A stretch of 64,000 nt of DNA from Terriglobia bacterium (GCA_963748015.1 CAVVHE010000005.1:416001-480000); one strand, 5' to 3'; positions 21,040-32,782 are shown, counted from the stretch's first letter. A program made the numbers and translations. The notes: generated by a model not told the origin, from the sequence alone.

Positions 21040-21846
21040 CTACTCGTCCGGGGCGGACGGCTCGAAGGGACGCGGGAGGTCCTCCTCGGCCGGCACCTTA
21101 AGGCCCGCCGCGCGGGCGAGCCAGAGCACCTGCCTCGCGACACCGCGGACCACCTGCACGTCCCCCGGGGAGAGGTCCGCGCGACCGAGGATCCGCCGGA
21201 CCCTCCGCATCATCCCGTCGGCGGTGTCCTCCTGGAGGAAGCCGATCGCGAGGAGCGCCGCCTCGAGGTGCCGGAGCGCGGCCTCTCGCGACGCGTGGTC
21301 GGCGAGCGGCTCCTCGACCGGTGCGGGAGCGGCCCCCGGCACCGAGAGGCGCAAGGTGTACGCTACGAGGAGGACCGACTGCGCGAGGTTGTACGACGGC
21401 AGCGCGTCGGAGGAGACGAAGTGCACGAGGTGGGTGCAGCGGTCGAGCTCGGCGTCGGTCAGTCCCGAATCCTCGCGTCCGAAAACGAACGCCAGCTCCC
21501 CCATCGCCGCGAGGCGGGAAAGCTGGGGCGCGAGCGCGTCGAGGCGGTAGTGCGGCCGGCGCTGTTTCCCCTCGCGACGCGTCGTGCCGATGACCGCGCC
21601 CGCGCCGTCGAGCGCTTCGTCGAGATCGGCGTGGACGCGCGCGTCGCCGAGGAGGCCGGCGGCGCCCACCGCCATCCTTCGGGCTTCTTCCCCCCGGACG
21701 TCGCACTCGGGCGCGACGACGTCGAGCCGCGAGAAGCCGAGGTTGGCGAGCGCGCGCGCCGCGGCCCCCACGTTGCCGCCCGACTGCGGCCCCACCAGCA
21801 CGAAACGCACCCTCTCGAGGTCCGCTTCCCCGTTCCCGCCTTTCAT
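21040..21846 (-). CDS. trmJ: SPOUT RNA methyltransferase, TrmJ/LasT family
   Basis: GNVGAAARALANLG, FGREDSGLT, SYNLAQSV. Confidence 0.85.
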   Translation of the reverse strand: MKGGNGEADLERVRFVLVGPQSGGNVGAAARALANLGFSRLDVVAPECDVRGEEARRMAVGAAGLLGDARVHADLDEALDGAGAVIGTTRREGKQRRPHYRLDALAPQLSRLAAMGELAFVFGREDSGLTDAELDRCTHLVHFVSSDALPSYNLAQSVLLVAYTLRLSVPGAAPAPVEEPLADHASREAALRHLEAALLAIGFLQEDTADGMMRRVRRILGRADLSPGDVQVVRGVARQVLWLARAAGLKVPAEEDLPRPFEPSAPDE

Positions 21847-21890
21847 TCCTGGCCCGTCCTTCGTCTGTTGAGAATACCAGAGGGGAACGG

Positions 21891-22679
21891 ATGAGGCTCT
21901 CGGTTCGAGGGGACGGGCCCCTCGTCGTCAAGCTCGCGGGGACCGCGGGCGGCACCGGGCTCTACGACGAGGAAATGGAGGCCGCGGCGGCGGCCGGCTT
22001 CCGGGTGGCGGCGCTCGATACGACCGGGGACCGCTCGGACGATCCGGCCCCCGCCGGGATCACGTGGGACGCGCTCGCGGACGACGTCGCTCGCGGCCTC
22101 GAGGCTCTCGGCGCCGCGCGCGCGATCTTGTGGGGAACTTCGTTCGGCTCTCTCGTCGCCCTCGCGGCGGCCTCGCGCCGCCCGGAGAGCGTCTCGGGGC
22201 TGCTCCTCTGCCGCCCTCCCGAGCCGCGGGGTCTCCCGCGTTTCCAGACGGCGGCGATTCGCTGGGCCGCCGGGCGCCGCGATCCGGCGCGCGCGGCGCG
22301 GCTCCTGTTCGTCGCCGGGTTCAACGTGCTCGTGGCCTGGGAGGGCCTGTACCCGACGACCTTGATCCGCCTTCCCGCGCTGCTCCGGGCGTCGCGGGAA
22401 GCGGCCACGCCGGCCTCGACCTTCCTCGCCAAGCTCCGCCTGCTCCTCGACGAATCCCCGGGCCTGCCTCCCGCCGAGGCTCGCATCCCGGCGGCGATCC
22501 TCGCCGGTGCGTGGGACACCGTCGCCCCCCTCGCCGGGGCGCGGCGCCTCGCCGCCTCGATCCCCGGCGCGCGCGTTTCGGTTCTGCGCTTCTCGGGACA
22601 CTCGGGGGCGTACTCGCGACCGCGAGCCAACGCCCGCCTCGTCGTGCGGGAATTGCGGGGACTCGCCTCGCCTCGATGA
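21891..22679 (+). CDS. Alpha/beta hydrolase
   Basis: GTSFG nucleophile elbow, GAWD Asp, SGH His. Confidence 0.75.
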   Translation: MRLSVRGDGPLVVKLAGTAGGTGLYDEEMEAAAAAGFRVAALDTTGDRSDDPAPAGITWDALADDVARGLEALGAARAILWGTSFGSLVALAAASRRPESVSGLLLCRPPEPRGLPRFQTAAIRWAAGRRDPARAARLLFVAGFNVLVAWEGLYPTTLIRLPALLRASREAATPASTFLAKLRLLLDESPGLPPAEARIPAAILAGAWDTVAPLAGARRLAASIPGARVSVLRFSGHSGAYSRPRANARLVVRELRGLASPR

Positions 22680-22696
22680 CGACGGCCGCGCGGGGG

Positions 22697-25600
22697 TCAC
22701 CGCGGTTCTGGATCGCTCGGGTCCCGGTCCTCCGGCGGCGCCGACGGGGGAGCGGCAAGTGCTCCGAGATCCGCCCCTCGCCGCTCGGCCTCCCGCGACG
22801 CGCGCGCCCGCACCTCGTCCCGCCCCGTCTCCGCGGCCGCGGCGGCCAGCAGGGCGTACGCGTCGCCTCCCAGCACCGACCCGAACCGGAAGCGCAGGTT
22901 GCGGATCTGCTCCACGACGGAGTCGTCCTGGCGGTCCCGGAAGTCGAGGCGCAGCTCGCCGGAGAGCCGCCGGTAGGCCGCACCGAAGTCGCCGCGCCGC
23001 GTCTCGAGGCGCGCCCGGAGGAGCAGCCGCGCCGGCTTGAACTTGCCGGCGTCCGCGCCGGCGAGCAGGCTCTCCGCGGCCTCGAGCGCCTTCTCCGCCG
23101 CTTCGTCCCGCCCGCGATCGAGGAACAGACGCGACCGCCTGAGGTGAACGAGGGCGTCGAGCAGTCTCGCGGCGCGCTTCGCGTCCCACCGGGACGACCG
23201 GATCCCCAGGTAGCCCACCGGCACCCGCGTCTCCGCGGCGAGTGCTTTCTCGTAGAGCGCTTCCGCTTCGTCCGGCCGCCCGGTGTCCGCCAGCCAGTCG
23301 CCCTCGTGCCGTAGAGCGGTCTTCGGGTCGCGGGTCTCGTCGTGAAAGGTCGCGAGCACCTCGCCCCGCTGGTCGAGCCAGAGGCGGACCGGCCTCTCCG
23401 CGAGGATTCTCGAGAACTCGCTGATCTCCCCCGTGAGCTCGGCGCGTCCGCTCACTTCCCTCACCTTGACGGTCGGCCCGCCCCTGGGCGCCACGCCGGC
23501 GGCAGCGCCCCGGCCTTCCCGCTCCTCCTCCGCGACCCCCATCTCGGCCTGGAAGGGCACGACCAGCGACGAATCCGAGACGTCGAAGTCCGGGACCCAC
23601 TCCCTCTGCACGTCCCACCCGCGCTCTCCGGCCCGCACGAGACGGTGGCGCGTGCGGCCCGAGGGGAACTGGCGAACGCGGCAGCGCAGTCTCCATTTCC
23701 CGTCCTCCGCCGCCTCGACGCTCCAGGTGAAGTGGAACTCGGGGACTCCGGTCCCGTAGACGAGCCGCCGCGCGAACGCGTCGAGGTTCTGGCCCGACAT
23801 CCTCTCGATGGACTTGAGGAAAGCCGGGGTGTCGATCACGCGGTTCGCGGCGCGATCGGAGAGGGTCAGGAGCATCTCGAGGAACGGCTCCTGCCCGATG
23901 CGCTCCGCCAGCGTGGACAGCACGATGGAGCCCTTGCCGTACACGACGGCCTTGTACGCGGCGTGGCTCAGGCTCGAAGCGAGGCGCTGCCCCAGCACCA
24001 CGGGGCCGAGCGACTCCAGCGGGGCGCCGTTCGCGGCCGTTTCCACGAGAGACCCCCAGGTGCCGCGCGACGTCCAGGCCAGGTAGTCGAGGTCGTCTCC
24101 GAGCCAGGCGAAGGAGAAGCGGACGGCGGCGTACTTCGCGAGGGCCTCGGAAAGCCACTGGTCCCGGTAGCTCCACCATCCGACCTTGTCTCCCCACCAC
24201 TGGTGCGCGATCTCGTGGGCGATCGTCTCGACCCGCGCGTTCCGGATCGCCCACCGGCTCGTCCGCGGCCGCTCGAGAACGAGCTCGTGCGCCAGCGTGA
24301 CGAGGCCGGGGAACCCTTGGGAGAAACCCCTGGGGACGGTGACCACCGCGAGCGTGTCGAGGGGGTACGCCCCGAACGTCTGCTCGAAGTAGCGGAGCGC
24401 GTCCGCGACGGTCTTGCGGACCTCCGCACGAACGGATCTCGGCACTCGCTTCGACGTGCGGTTGAACGCGACGGTGACCGACACGTGCCCGACCTGTTCC
24501 TCCGCCGTGTCGAACTCCCCCACCTCGAAGCTGAACGCCGTGCTCGGCAGGTCCACGACCCTCCGCTCCCACCTGCTGTCACCCGAAAGCCCTCCGGCCA
24601 CCCGGCGGCCGGGAGCGACGAGCTCGAGCTTCCTCGGCCAACGCAGCGTCACGTCGTACGAGGCGCGGTCGATTCTCCCGGCGTGAGGGTGCCAGCGCCG
24701 CGTGTCCCGCAGCACCGGAACCCCCTTCTCCGCCTCGTCGAAGGCCACGCCCGCGTACTCCACCTCGATCGCCAGCGGCTCGCCGGGAGCGGGGGCCGCG
24801 GGGAGGATGGCCGTGACCGCGCCGCCTTCGCGGACGAAGGCCAAGGCGCCTCCCGCGGCGTCGCGCACGCTCCTGACCTCGAGATCGGGCTGGAGCGCGA
24901 GGACCACCGCGCGCCGGCCCGCCGACTCGGACCGCAGGTCGATTCGGGTCTTTCCCTCGATGCGCTCCCGGTCCTTCGAGATCTCGACCTCGATCGTGTA
25001 CTTCACGGGCTCGAAGCCCGCGCCGCCCGTCGCCGGCTTGCCGTCCTCGCCGCGGAGGGCGGACGAGCACCAGGTGTCCCAGTCGCCGAGGTCCTGAAGC
25101 CGCATTCCCGAGAGGCGGCCCTCCTGCTGCTGCCCGCGGATCAGCCGGCGGATGAGGTCGCCCTCGTGATCCCCGACCTCGGCGGGGACGAACTGGCCGA
25201 GAACGGACGGCTCCAGGACGTCCGGGTCGAGGACGTAGAAGAAGTCGCCCAGGCGCTTCGACCGGAACCATCCCGCGAAGAAGCCCTGCGCGGGCGCGTC
25301 CCCCAGCGCATCGCGAAGAAGAGTGGACTCCACCCCGAAACGGCGCCGCTCCGGGCCCTCCTTCCACTTCTCGAAGGCGGAGCGCGCCCGCTCGAGAAGC
25401 GCCGGATCGGGAGCTTCGGGGCCGGGGCGCCGGAGGAGGCTCGAGACCGCTTTGTCGTCGGCGATGACCAGCACCGCCTCGTCCACGGGCTCCCTCAAGG
25501 CCCGGGACCGGGCGAACTGCTCGAGCTGCGCCGCCTCGACGTCGTCCGGCGGGTCGAACGTGAACACCGCCCGCCCGGCGAACGCCAGCTCCGCGGAGTG

Positions 25601-25855
25601 GCCGCCGATCGGCGTCGCGGGCACCAGGATCCCTTCCTCGATCTTGAGCGCTGCGGCGCCGAGGACGATCTCCACGCCGCGCAGCGCGACGGCGCGGCGG
25701 TTCTCGAGAGTGGCCTTCCGAATCGCGTCCGCGAGCGGCTCGGGGCCTTCCGCGGCGAGCCCCGGAATCGAGCAGGCCGCGGCCAGCACGAGCGCGAGCC
25801 GGAAAGGTCCTGCGCGGGATCTCCCCGTTCGCTCGCGTTCGCGACCTGGGGACAT
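22697..25855 (-). CDS. M1 family (gluzincin) aminopeptidase with C-terminal TPR-like region
   Basis: HEIAHQWWG...WLSEALA zinc motif, VYGKG; start MSPGRER.. followed by a hydrophobic signal. Confidence 0.85.
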   Translation of the reverse strand: MSPGRERERTGRSRAGPFRLALVLAAACSIPGLAAEGPEPLADAIRKATLENRRAVALRGVEIVLGAAALKIEEGILVPATPIGGHSAELAFAGRAVFTFDPPDDVEAAQLEQFARSRALREPVDEAVLVIADDKAVSSLLRRPGPEAPDPALLERARSAFEKWKEGPERRRFGVESTLLRDALGDAPAQGFFAGWFRSKRLGDFFYVLDPDVLEPSVLGQFVPAEVGDHEGDLIRRLIRGQQQEGRLSGMRLQDLGDWDTWCSSALRGEDGKPATGGAGFEPVKYTIEVEISKDRERIEGKTRIDLRSESAGRRAVVLALQPDLEVRSVRDAAGGALAFVREGGAVTAILPAAPAPGEPLAIEVEYAGVAFDEAEKGVPVLRDTRRWHPHAGRIDRASYDVTLRWPRKLELVAPGRRVAGGLSGDSRWERRVVDLPSTAFSFEVGEFDTAEEQVGHVSVTVAFNRTSKRVPRSVRAEVRKTVADALRYFEQTFGAYPLDTLAVVTVPRGFSQGFPGLVTLAHELVLERPRTSRWAIRNARVETIAHEIAHQWWGDKVGWWSYRDQWLSEALAKYAAVRFSFAWLGDDLDYLAWTSRGTWGSLVETAANGAPLESLGPVVLGQRLASSLSHAAYKAVVYGKGSIVLSTLAERIGQEPFLEMLLTLSDRAANRVIDTPAFLKSIERMSGQNLDAFARRLVYGTGVPEFHFTWSVEAAEDGKWRLRCRVRQFPSGRTRHRLVRAGERGWDVQREWVPDFDVSDSSLVVPFQAEMGVAEEEREGRGAAAGVAPRGGPTVKVREVSGRAELTGEISEFSRILAERPVRLWLDQRGEVLATFHDETRDPKTALRHEGDWLADTGRPDEAEALYEKALAAETRVPVGYLGIRSSRWDAKRAARLLDALVHLRRSRLFLDRGRDEAAEKALEAAESLLAGADAGKFKPARLLLRARLETRRGDFGAAYRRLSGELRLDFRDRQDDSVVEQIRNLRFRFGSVLGGDAYALLAAAAAETGRDEVRARASREAERRGADLGALAAPPSAPPEDRDPSDPEPR

Positions 25856-25884
25856 CGTCTCTCTCCGCGCCGCCCGGGAGCCGG

Positions 25885-27192
25885 TCAGTCCTCGTCTCCG
25901 GGCTTTTCGACGTCCCCCTGCTCCGCGGCGAGCGCCCGCGCGCTCCGCCCGAGGGTGGGAAGCTCCGGCAGGTCCTTGCTCGTCGCCGCTCCCATCTCCT
26001 TGAGCTTCCGCGCCGGGACGAGGACGCGGCGCTCGTAGGAGCCCGCGGCCGCGTCGAACGCGTTGACCGCGCGGTTGAGGTGAGTGCGCAAGTCGTCGAG
26101 GTGGGCGGTCATCTTGACGAGCCGGTCGTACAAGTCGGCGCCGAGGTCCCGGATCGCCTCGGCGTTCTCGGCGATCCGCTCCTGCTGCCAGCCGTAGTAG
26201 ACGGAGCGGAGGAGGGCGATGAGCGTCGTGGGGCTCGCGGGGATCACGAAGCGATCCACGCCGAACTCGATCAGCCCCGGATCCTGCTCGAGCGCCGCGC
26301 TGAAGAACATCTCGCCGGGAAGGAACATCACGACGAACTCCGGCGCGGGCCGGAACTGGTCCCAGTACGACTTGGCTCCGAGCCGCGTCATGTGCTCCCG
26401 GACCTGCCGGGAATGGTCCTTGAGGCGCGCCTCCCGCACCGCGTCGTCGGGCGCCTCGACCGCCTCGAGGTAGGCGGACAGAGGGGCCTTCGCGTCCACG
26501 ACCACGCTCTTTCCACCGGGGAGGCGCACGAGAAGATCGGGGCGGAGCCGCCCTTCCTCCGTCGCCGCGCTCTCCTGCTCCGCGAAATCGCAGTAGGCGA
26601 GCATCCCGGCCATCTCCACCACGCGGCGGAGCTGGATCTCCCCCCAGCGACCGCGAACCTGCGGGGCGCGCAGGGCTTTCACGAGGTTCGCGGTTTCGGT
26701 CTGGAGCTGCTGCTGGCCGAGACCGAGGGACCGAACTTGCTCCTGGAGGGCCGCGTACGCGCCGACGCGCTGCTTCTCCACCTCGTGGAGCCGGGCATCC
26801 ACCTTGTCCAAGGCGGATCGCACCGGCGCGATCAGGTCGCCGATCGCCTTCTGCCGGGTCTCGAGGTCCCCCGAGGCGCTCTTCTGGTACTCCCCCAGCA
26901 CCGTCTTCGCCAGGTCGAGGAACGACTGGTTGTTCTGCCGGAGCGCCTCGGCCGACAGGGCGGAGAACGCGTCGCGGAAGCGCGCCTCGAGCCGCTCCGC
27001 CTGCGCGCGCTGCTCCGCGGTGACTCTCCGCTCGTTCTCGAGATCGGACTCCCTGCGGGCCAGCTCCTCCCGGGCGGCCGCGGCCGTCTCGCGCAGACCC
27101 GCTACGGCCCGGGCGCGCGCCAGGCCGACCACGATCCCCCCCAGGACCGCTCCGAGAAAGAATACGGCGAGTGACACGACGGTGCCGGTCAA
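25885..27192 (-). CDS. rmuC: DNA recombination protein RmuC
   Basis: N-terminal TM helix, coiled coil, RGRWGEIQL, RPDLLVRLPGG, VDAKAP, FVVMFLPGE, SPTTL; TTG start after an AGGGAG RBS. Confidence 0.92.
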   Translation of the reverse strand: MTGTVVSLAVFFLGAVLGGIVVGLARARAVAGLRETAAAAREELARRESDLENERRVTAEQRAQAERLEARFRDAFSALSAEALRQNNQSFLDLAKTVLGEYQKSASGDLETRQKAIGDLIAPVRSALDKVDARLHEVEKQRVGAYAALQEQVRSLGLGQQQLQTETANLVKALRAPQVRGRWGEIQLRRVVEMAGMLAYCDFAEQESAATEEGRLRPDLLVRLPGGKSVVVDAKAPLSAYLEAVEAPDDAVREARLKDHSRQVREHMTRLGAKSYWDQFRPAPEFVVMFLPGEMFFSAALEQDPGLIEFGVDRFVIPASPTTLIALLRSVYYGWQQERIAENAEAIRDLGADLYDRLVKMTAHLDDLRTHLNRAVNAFDAAAGSYERRVLVPARKLKEMGAATSKDLPELPTLGRSARALAAEQGDVEKPGDED

Positions 27193-27309
27193 CGACGTCT
27201 CCCTGGTGGAGGAATGCGCTCGTGCGGCGAGGCGGCTTGCGACGCATCGAGCGATAGGCAAGAATGGATCTTCACCAACTTCGCAACCCCGGGAACGTAT
27301 AACACACCT

Positions 27310-28644
27310 ATGGCCAAAAAACGCACGCTTCGCTGGACAATCTGGGTCTTCGTCCTCGTCGTCGCGGTGGGCAGCGCCGGCCTGTACGTCAAGCGGCGGC
27401 AGGCGAAACAGAGCGAGGACAAGTACCGCGTCGAGGCCGTTGACCGGGGGACCGTCACGCTGACCGTGACCGCCACCGGGGCGATCTCCGCGGTCACGAC
27501 GGTGCAGGTCGGCAGCCAGGTCTCGGGGATCATCGCCCGCCTCTACGCCGACTTCAACAGCACCGTGAAGAAGGGGCAGCTCCTCGCGGAGCTCGACCCG
27601 ACGAACTTCCAGGCGCTGGTGGCCCAGCGGCGCGCGGACGTCCTCCAGAACGAGGTCCAGATGCGCAGCGCCGAGATCTCGTTCCACCGGCAGGAGCGAC
27701 TGATCGCGGAGAGCCTCGCGCCGCAGTCGGACTACGACACCGCGAAGGCGAACTACGAAGCCGCGCAGGCCCAGGTCGAGCAGTCCCGTGCGGCGCTGCG
27801 GCAGGCGGAGAACAACCTCGAGTACACGAAGATCACCTGCCCGATCGACGGCACGGTGGTCGCCCGCCAGTACGACGTCGGGCAGACCGTCGCGGCCTCC
27901 TTCCAGGCGCCGACGCTGTTCACGATCGCCCAGGACCTGACCAAGATGCAGGTCCAGGCCGACGTGGACCAGTCGGACATCGGCCGGGTCAAGGCGGAGC
28001 AACCGGTCCGGTTCACGGTGGACGCCTATCCCGAGCAGGAGTTCAAGGGACGGATCTCGCAGATCCGCCTGAACGCCACCGCCAACCAGAACGTCATCAC
28101 CTACCCGGTGATCGTCGAGGTCCCGAATCCCGAGGGGAAGCTGCGGCCGCAGATGACCGCGAACGTGACCATCGAGGTCGCCACGGTCAGCGACGTGCTG
28201 CGCGTGCCGAACGCGGCGCTGCGCTTCCGGCCGACCCAGGGCCCGGGAGCCGAGGGACAGCGGAACGGCAGGCCGGGCGGCGGCGAGCAGCGGGCGCAGG
28301 GCTCTCCGTCCGGGACCGGACAGGGCTCCGGCCCGGGGGCCGGCGGGCCGTCTCCCGAGATGCGCGCGGCGATGGCCGCCGAGCGCCGGCCGGGGATGGA
28401 GGGCGCCGCGGCGGCCTTCCCGGGCGGCATGCGGGGCCGGGGCGGGCGGCTCATGCAGACGATCTACGTCCTCGAGGGAAAGGACCAGCTCAAGCCGGTG
28501 AAGGTGCGGACGGGGATCTCGGACGGCAAGTTCACCGAGATCGCCGAAGGCGAGCTCAAGCCGGGGGACAGGGTCGTCGTCGGCCAGGTGACGTCGAAGG
28601 TCGAGACCAGCGCGCGGCCGCCGGGCGGGGGTAGGATGTTTTGA
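27310..28644 (+). CDS. MacA-like periplasmic adaptor (membrane fusion protein)
   Basis: [37 protein letters not shown]. Confidence 0.9.
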   Translation: MAKKRTLRWTIWVFVLVVAVGSAGLYVKRRQAKQSEDKYRVEAVDRGTVTLTVTATGAISAVTTVQVGSQVSGIIARLYADFNSTVKKGQLLAELDPTNFQALVAQRRADVLQNEVQMRSAEISFHRQERLIAESLAPQSDYDTAKANYEAAQAQVEQSRAALRQAENNLEYTKITCPIDGTVVARQYDVGQTVAASFQAPTLFTIAQDLTKMQVQADVDQSDIGRVKAEQPVRFTVDAYPEQEFKGRISQIRLNATANQNVITYPVIVEVPNPEGKLRPQMTANVTIEVATVSDVLRVPNAALRFRPTQGPGAEGQRNGRPGGGEQRAQGSPSGTGQGSGPGAGGPSPEMRAAMAAERRPGMEGAAAAFPGGMRGRGGRLMQTIYVLEGKDQLKPVKVRTGISDGKFTEIAEGELKPGDRVVVGQVTSKVETSARPPGGGRMF

Positions 28645-29387
28645 GCGGCCCACTCGTCGGAATTCACGATCTCGTCAAGATCTACAGCATGGGCGAGGTG
28701 GAGGTCCGCGCGCTCGACGGCGTGAACCTCTCCGTGAACGCGGGCGAGTTCGTGGCGGTGATGGGGCCTTCGGGCTCCGGAAAATCCACGCTCATGAACC
28801 TCCTCGGCTGCCTCGACCGCCCCACGTCGGGCACCTACGAGCTCGACGGCATCGACGTGTCGGAGCTCGATGCGGACGAGCGGGCCGAGATCCGCAACGC
28901 GAAGATCGGCTTCGTGTTCCAGAGCTTCAACCTGCTCCCGAGGACCTCCGCCCTCGAGAACGTCGAGCTGCCGCTCCTCTACGGGCGGGGCGCCATGGGC
29001 GGGCGCGAGCGGCTCGAGCGCGCCAGGACGGTGCTGCAGCACGTGGGGCTGACCGGGCGCGAGCACCACTACCCGTCGCAGCTGTCCGGCGGGCAGCAAC
29101 AACGCGTCGCGGTCGCGCGGGCGTTGATCACGGACCCGGCCATCATCCTGGCGGACGAGCCGACCGGTAACCTCGACACGCGCACGTCGGAAGAGGTCAT
29201 GGCCGTTTTCCAGGATCTGAACGAGCAGGGAAAGACGATCCTCCTCATCACCCACGAGCACGACGTGGCCATGCACGCCAAGCGGGTCGTGCAGATGCGG
29301 GACGGCGTCATCGTCAGGGACGAGCCCGTCGCGCAGGTCAAGGCGCTGCGGGCGGACGCGCGGGCCCGCGAGGAGGCCAGGGCATGA
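28641..29387 (+). CDS. MacB/LolD-type ABC transporter ATPase
   Basis: [29 protein letters not shown]. Confidence 0.93.
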   Translation: MSGPLVGIHDLVKIYSMGEVEVRALDGVNLSVNAGEFVAVMGPSGSGKSTLMNLLGCLDRPTSGTYELDGIDVSELDADERAEIRNAKIGFVFQSFNLLPRTSALENVELPLLYGRGAMGGRERLERARTVLQHVGLTGREHHYPSQLSGGQQQRVAVARALITDPAIILADEPTGNLDTRTSEEVMAVFQDLNEQGKTILLITHEHDVAMHAKRVVQMRDGVIVRDEPVAQVKALRADARAREEARA

Positions 29388-30625
29388 GAGTCGTGCTGGT
29401 CCGCACCGCGAACATCCTGAAGGTCGGCCTGAAGGCGATCCTCCGGAACAAGATGCGGTCGACGCTGACGATGCTCGGCATCATCATCGGCGTGGCGTGC
29501 GTGATCGCGATCTTCGCGGTCACCGCGGGCGCGTCGGCCGCGATCCAGTCGTCCATCACGTCGCTGGGAACCAACTTCATCATGATCTTCCCGGGCGCAG
29601 TGACCCAGTCGGGGGCGCGCATCTTCACCGGGCAGTCCAGCCTGACCCCCGAGGACGCGGTGGCGATCAAGACCGAGTGCCCCGCGGTGGCGTACGTCAG
29701 CGCGAGCGAGCGAAGCTCGGGCCAGATCGTCGCGGGCGAGCTGAACTGGGCCACGCAGATCCAGGGAGTGGACATCGACTGGCCCTTCATCCGGGCCTGG
29801 AACCTCCAGGAGGGGACCTTCTTCGGCGAGTCGGAGGTCAAGGGCGCCGCGAAGGTCTGCGTGCTCGGCCGCACCGTGGCCGACAACCTCTTCCCGGCGG
29901 GGGACGCGGCCGGCCAGGTCGTCAGGATCAAGAACGTCCCGTTCAAGGTCCTGGGCGTGCTGGAGAAGAAGGGCGCGAACACGATGGGGCAGGACCAGGA
30001 CGACCTGGTCATTACCCCCTACACCACCGTGACGAAGCGGCTGCAGGGACACGCGGGGCACGGGAACCGGGTCGGGTCCATCCTCGCGTCGGCCGTCTCG
30101 GGGGATCGCGTGGACGAGGCGATGAAGGAGATCGAGGCGCTGCTGCGGCAGCGTCAGAAGCTCCAGCCGGGCCAGGACAACAACTTCATGATGCGTTCCC
30201 AGGAGGAGATCGCCTCGATGGCCGCGGAGAACACCAAGACGCTGTCGGTCCTCCTCGGCACGGTCGCGGCGATCTCGCTGCTCGTCGGCGGGATCGGCAT
30301 CATGAACATCATGCTGGTGTCGGTCACCGAGCGCACCCGGGAAATCGGCCTCCGCATGGCGATCGGCGCCAAGGGGCACCACGTCCTGGCCCAGTTCCTC
30401 CTCGAGGCGATCGTGCTGTCGCTGGTGGGAGGAGCCATCGGCGTGGCGCTGGGGACGGTCGCGTCGCGCGTGGTCACCCGCATCTTCGGATGGCCGGTCG
30501 AGGTAAGCCTCACGTCGGTGGCGCTCGCCTTCGGCTTCTCGGCCCTCGTCGGGATCTTCTTCGGGTTCTACCCGGCGCGGAAGGCCTCGCGCCTCGATCC
30601 GATCGAGGCGCTCCGGTACGAGTAG
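29384..30625 (+). CDS. MacB-type ABC transporter permease
   Basis: [52 protein letters not shown]. Confidence 0.93.
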   Translation: MRVVLVRTANILKVGLKAILRNKMRSTLTMLGIIIGVACVIAIFAVTAGASAAIQSSITSLGTNFIMIFPGAVTQSGARIFTGQSSLTPEDAVAIKTECPAVAYVSASERSSGQIVAGELNWATQIQGVDIDWPFIRAWNLQEGTFFGESEVKGAAKVCVLGRTVADNLFPAGDAAGQVVRIKNVPFKVLGVLEKKGANTMGQDQDDLVITPYTTVTKRLQGHAGHGNRVGSILASAVSGDRVDEAMKEIEALLRQRQKLQPGQDNNFMMRSQEEIASMAAENTKTLSVLLGTVAAISLLVGGIGIMNIMLVSVTERTREIGLRMAIGAKGHHVLAQFLLEAIVLSLVGGAIGVALGTVASRVVTRIFGWPVEVSLTSVALAFGFSALVGIFFGFYPARKASRLDPIEALRYE

Positions 30626-30650
30626 CGCCGCATCGGGCGCGCGTCCCGGA

Positions 30651-31331
30651 TCAGGGGGCGGGCTGGGGTCGCAGCGGGAAGGTCTCGCGGACCTCCTTCG
30701 GTTCCGCGAGGCGCTCGCCGGCCACCGCGATCACCTTCTTGGTCATGAACAAGGTGATCCCGCGCGTCTTGAGCGTGGCGGCCGCGTCGAGCTTCCGGAG
30801 GAATCGGTCGCGGCGGTCGGCCGGCACGTCCCGCGCGGCGCGCGTGGCGTCGTATTCCATGTCGCCGGTCCACGCAACGCGGAAACCCGCCGGGTCCCGG
30901 ACGATGACTTCCCCGGGCCGGCGCTGCACCAGCGGATTCCCCTGCTGGTCGTAGGTCACGACGATCTCGGCCGCGCCGTCCCCGTCGAGGTCCACGAGCT
31001 CGACGTCGCCTCGCCCCACGAACCCGCCGCTCTCCTTCCCGTAGTCGCGGGCGTAGAGGGAGACCAGCGCGTTCGCCTCCCTCCGGAGCACCTCGAGGCG
31101 CACGTTGACGCCGCCGGCGTCGTCCTTCTTGCCGGTGAGGTACGTGACCATCGCCACGACCTGCTTCGCCTCGCCGGGCAGCACCCTGGCCGTGAGGACG
31201 CTTCCCGAGAGGACGTCGCCGGTCTTGATTCCCATGGCGGCGTAGACCTCGGCGGCGAGGTCGGCGCGGGCTGGAGCCGGCGCGGCCGCGGCGACCCCCA
31301 GCAAGAAAGCGAGGAAGATGCGCCTGCTCAT
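30651..31331 (-). CDS. Hypothetical secreted protein
   Basis: Signal peptide ending ARA; DLDGDG Ca-binding-like motif. Confidence 0.7.
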   Translation of the reverse strand: MSRRIFLAFLLGVAAAAPAPARADLAAEVYAAMGIKTGDVLSGSVLTARVLPGEAKQVVAMVTYLTGKKDDAGGVNVRLEVLRREANALVSLYARDYGKESGGFVGRGDVELVDLDGDGAAEIVVTYDQQGNPLVQRRPGEVIVRDPAGFRVAWTGDMEYDATRAARDVPADRRDRFLRKLDAAATLKTRGITLFMTKKVIAVAGERLAEPKEVRETFPLRPQPAP

Positions 31332-31528
31332 GGGATTGCGTCCTCCGGGGGCTTCCCGCTTCCCGCGCCGCGCGCGCCGGCGGCCCCCTCTGCGGCCCCC
31401 GCGGCGAGGATTCCGGGGTCGCCCCGAATATTACCATGCGCCCCGGTCACGAACCGGCCGCTTTCCCCTATAATCGGCCGCGGGAATCCTCATTATTCGG
31501 GCCTCCGCCCGGTGGCTGGAGCTACGCG

Positions 31529-32770
31529 ATGATCGTTTACACCGCCAGGCACGTGATTCCCGTGTCCTCTCCGCCCGCGAGCGACGGGGCCGTGGCGGTC
31601 CACGAGGGACGCATCACCGCGGTCGGCCGCAAGTCGGAGGTCCTGAAGGCGGCCGGCGCCGGCGCTACGGTCCAGGACCTCGGCGATGCGGTGCTGATCC
31701 CCGGGCTGGTGAACGCCCACGCGCACCTCGACCTGTCCTGGATGCGGGACGATCCGCCTCCCGGCGGGTCGTATTTCGCCTGGTTCCAGGACCGCACCGA
31801 GCGGGTCGACCAGTCCGCCGACACCGTCCGCCGCGAGGCGGCGGAGAAGGCCGCGGCCGAGATGATCGCTAGCGGCACGGTGGCCGTGGGGGACGTGGCC
31901 GGGGTGCCTTGGACCGCGGGAATCCTCGCGCGGGCGCCGCTCCACGCCGTGGTCTTTCTCGAGCTGATGGGGCTGAGGTCGGACGAGGCGGAGCGGCTTC
32001 TCGACCACGCGGCGGATTCGCTCGACACCATCGAGAGCGAGGCGGACGTGAAGGCGGCCCGTGGCCGCGTGAGCGTCGTCCTGTCGCCGCACTCCGCCCA
32101 CACCGTGTCCACGACGCTCCTCAAGGCGCTGGCGGGGCGCGCCACCGCGTCGGGCGAGATCCTCTCGATCCACCTCGCCGAGACCGACGACGAGAGCGCC
32201 ATGATCCAGGACGGCTCCGGGCCGTTTCCGGATCTCTTCCGGGCGCGCGGCGTCTGGGACGACGGGTGGCGCGCTCCCGGCAGCTCGCCGGTGGAGTACC
32301 TCGACCGGCTCGGCGTGCTGTCGCGGCGCACCCTCGCGATCCACTGCATCCACCTCGGCCAGCAGGATCACTCGAAGCTGCAGGCTCGCGGCGTGACCGT
32401 CGTGACCTGCCCGAGGAGCAACCTGCGCCTCGCCGTGGGGAAGACACCCGTCCCGAAGCTCCTCTCCGCGGGTGTCCCGGTCGCCCTCGGCACCGACTCT
32501 CTGGCCAGCGTGTCGAATCTCGACATGTTCGCGGAGATGGCCGGCCTGCGCCGCGAGCACCCCACCCTCTCCCCCGCCGCGGTCCTCCGGATGGCGACGC
32601 TGAACGGCGCGCGGGCGCTGAGGCTCGAGAACCAGCTCGGAACGCTCGAGAAGGGGAAGATCGCGAGGTTCGTCGCGGTCCCGCTGGCGGATCCGGGAGA
32701 CGACCCCCTCGAGACCGTGACCTCGGGCCCCGCGAGCGTCGAGCCGCTTCCCGGAACCTCCGCCGCCTAG
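31529..32770 (+). CDS. Metal-dependent amidohydrolase (nucleoside deaminase-like)
   Basis: PGLVNAHAHLD, HLAE, CPRSN, LGTDS, ATLNGARAL. Confidence 0.88.
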   Translation: MIVYTARHVIPVSSPPASDGAVAVHEGRITAVGRKSEVLKAAGAGATVQDLGDAVLIPGLVNAHAHLDLSWMRDDPPPGGSYFAWFQDRTERVDQSADTVRREAAEKAAAEMIASGTVAVGDVAGVPWTAGILARAPLHAVVFLELMGLRSDEAERLLDHAADSLDTIESEADVKAARGRVSVVLSPHSAHTVSTTLLKALAGRATASGEILSIHLAETDDESAMIQDGSGPFPDLFRARGVWDDGWRAPGSSPVEYLDRLGVLSRRTLAIHCIHLGQQDHSKLQARGVTVVTCPRSNLRLAVGKTPVPKLLSAGVPVALGTDSLASVSNLDMFAEMAGLRREHPTLSPAAVLRMATLNGARALRLENQLGTLEKGKIARFVAVPLADPGDDPLETVTSGPASVEPLPGTSAA

Positions 32771-32782
32771 GATCTCGCGGCG

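Noticed and set aside
22697..28653. 1516-aa and 922-aa ORFs as single fused proteins
   Set aside because: Their upstream parts are off-frame or antisense overlaps of rmuC and the MacA-like gene; the real starts are near 25855 and 27192
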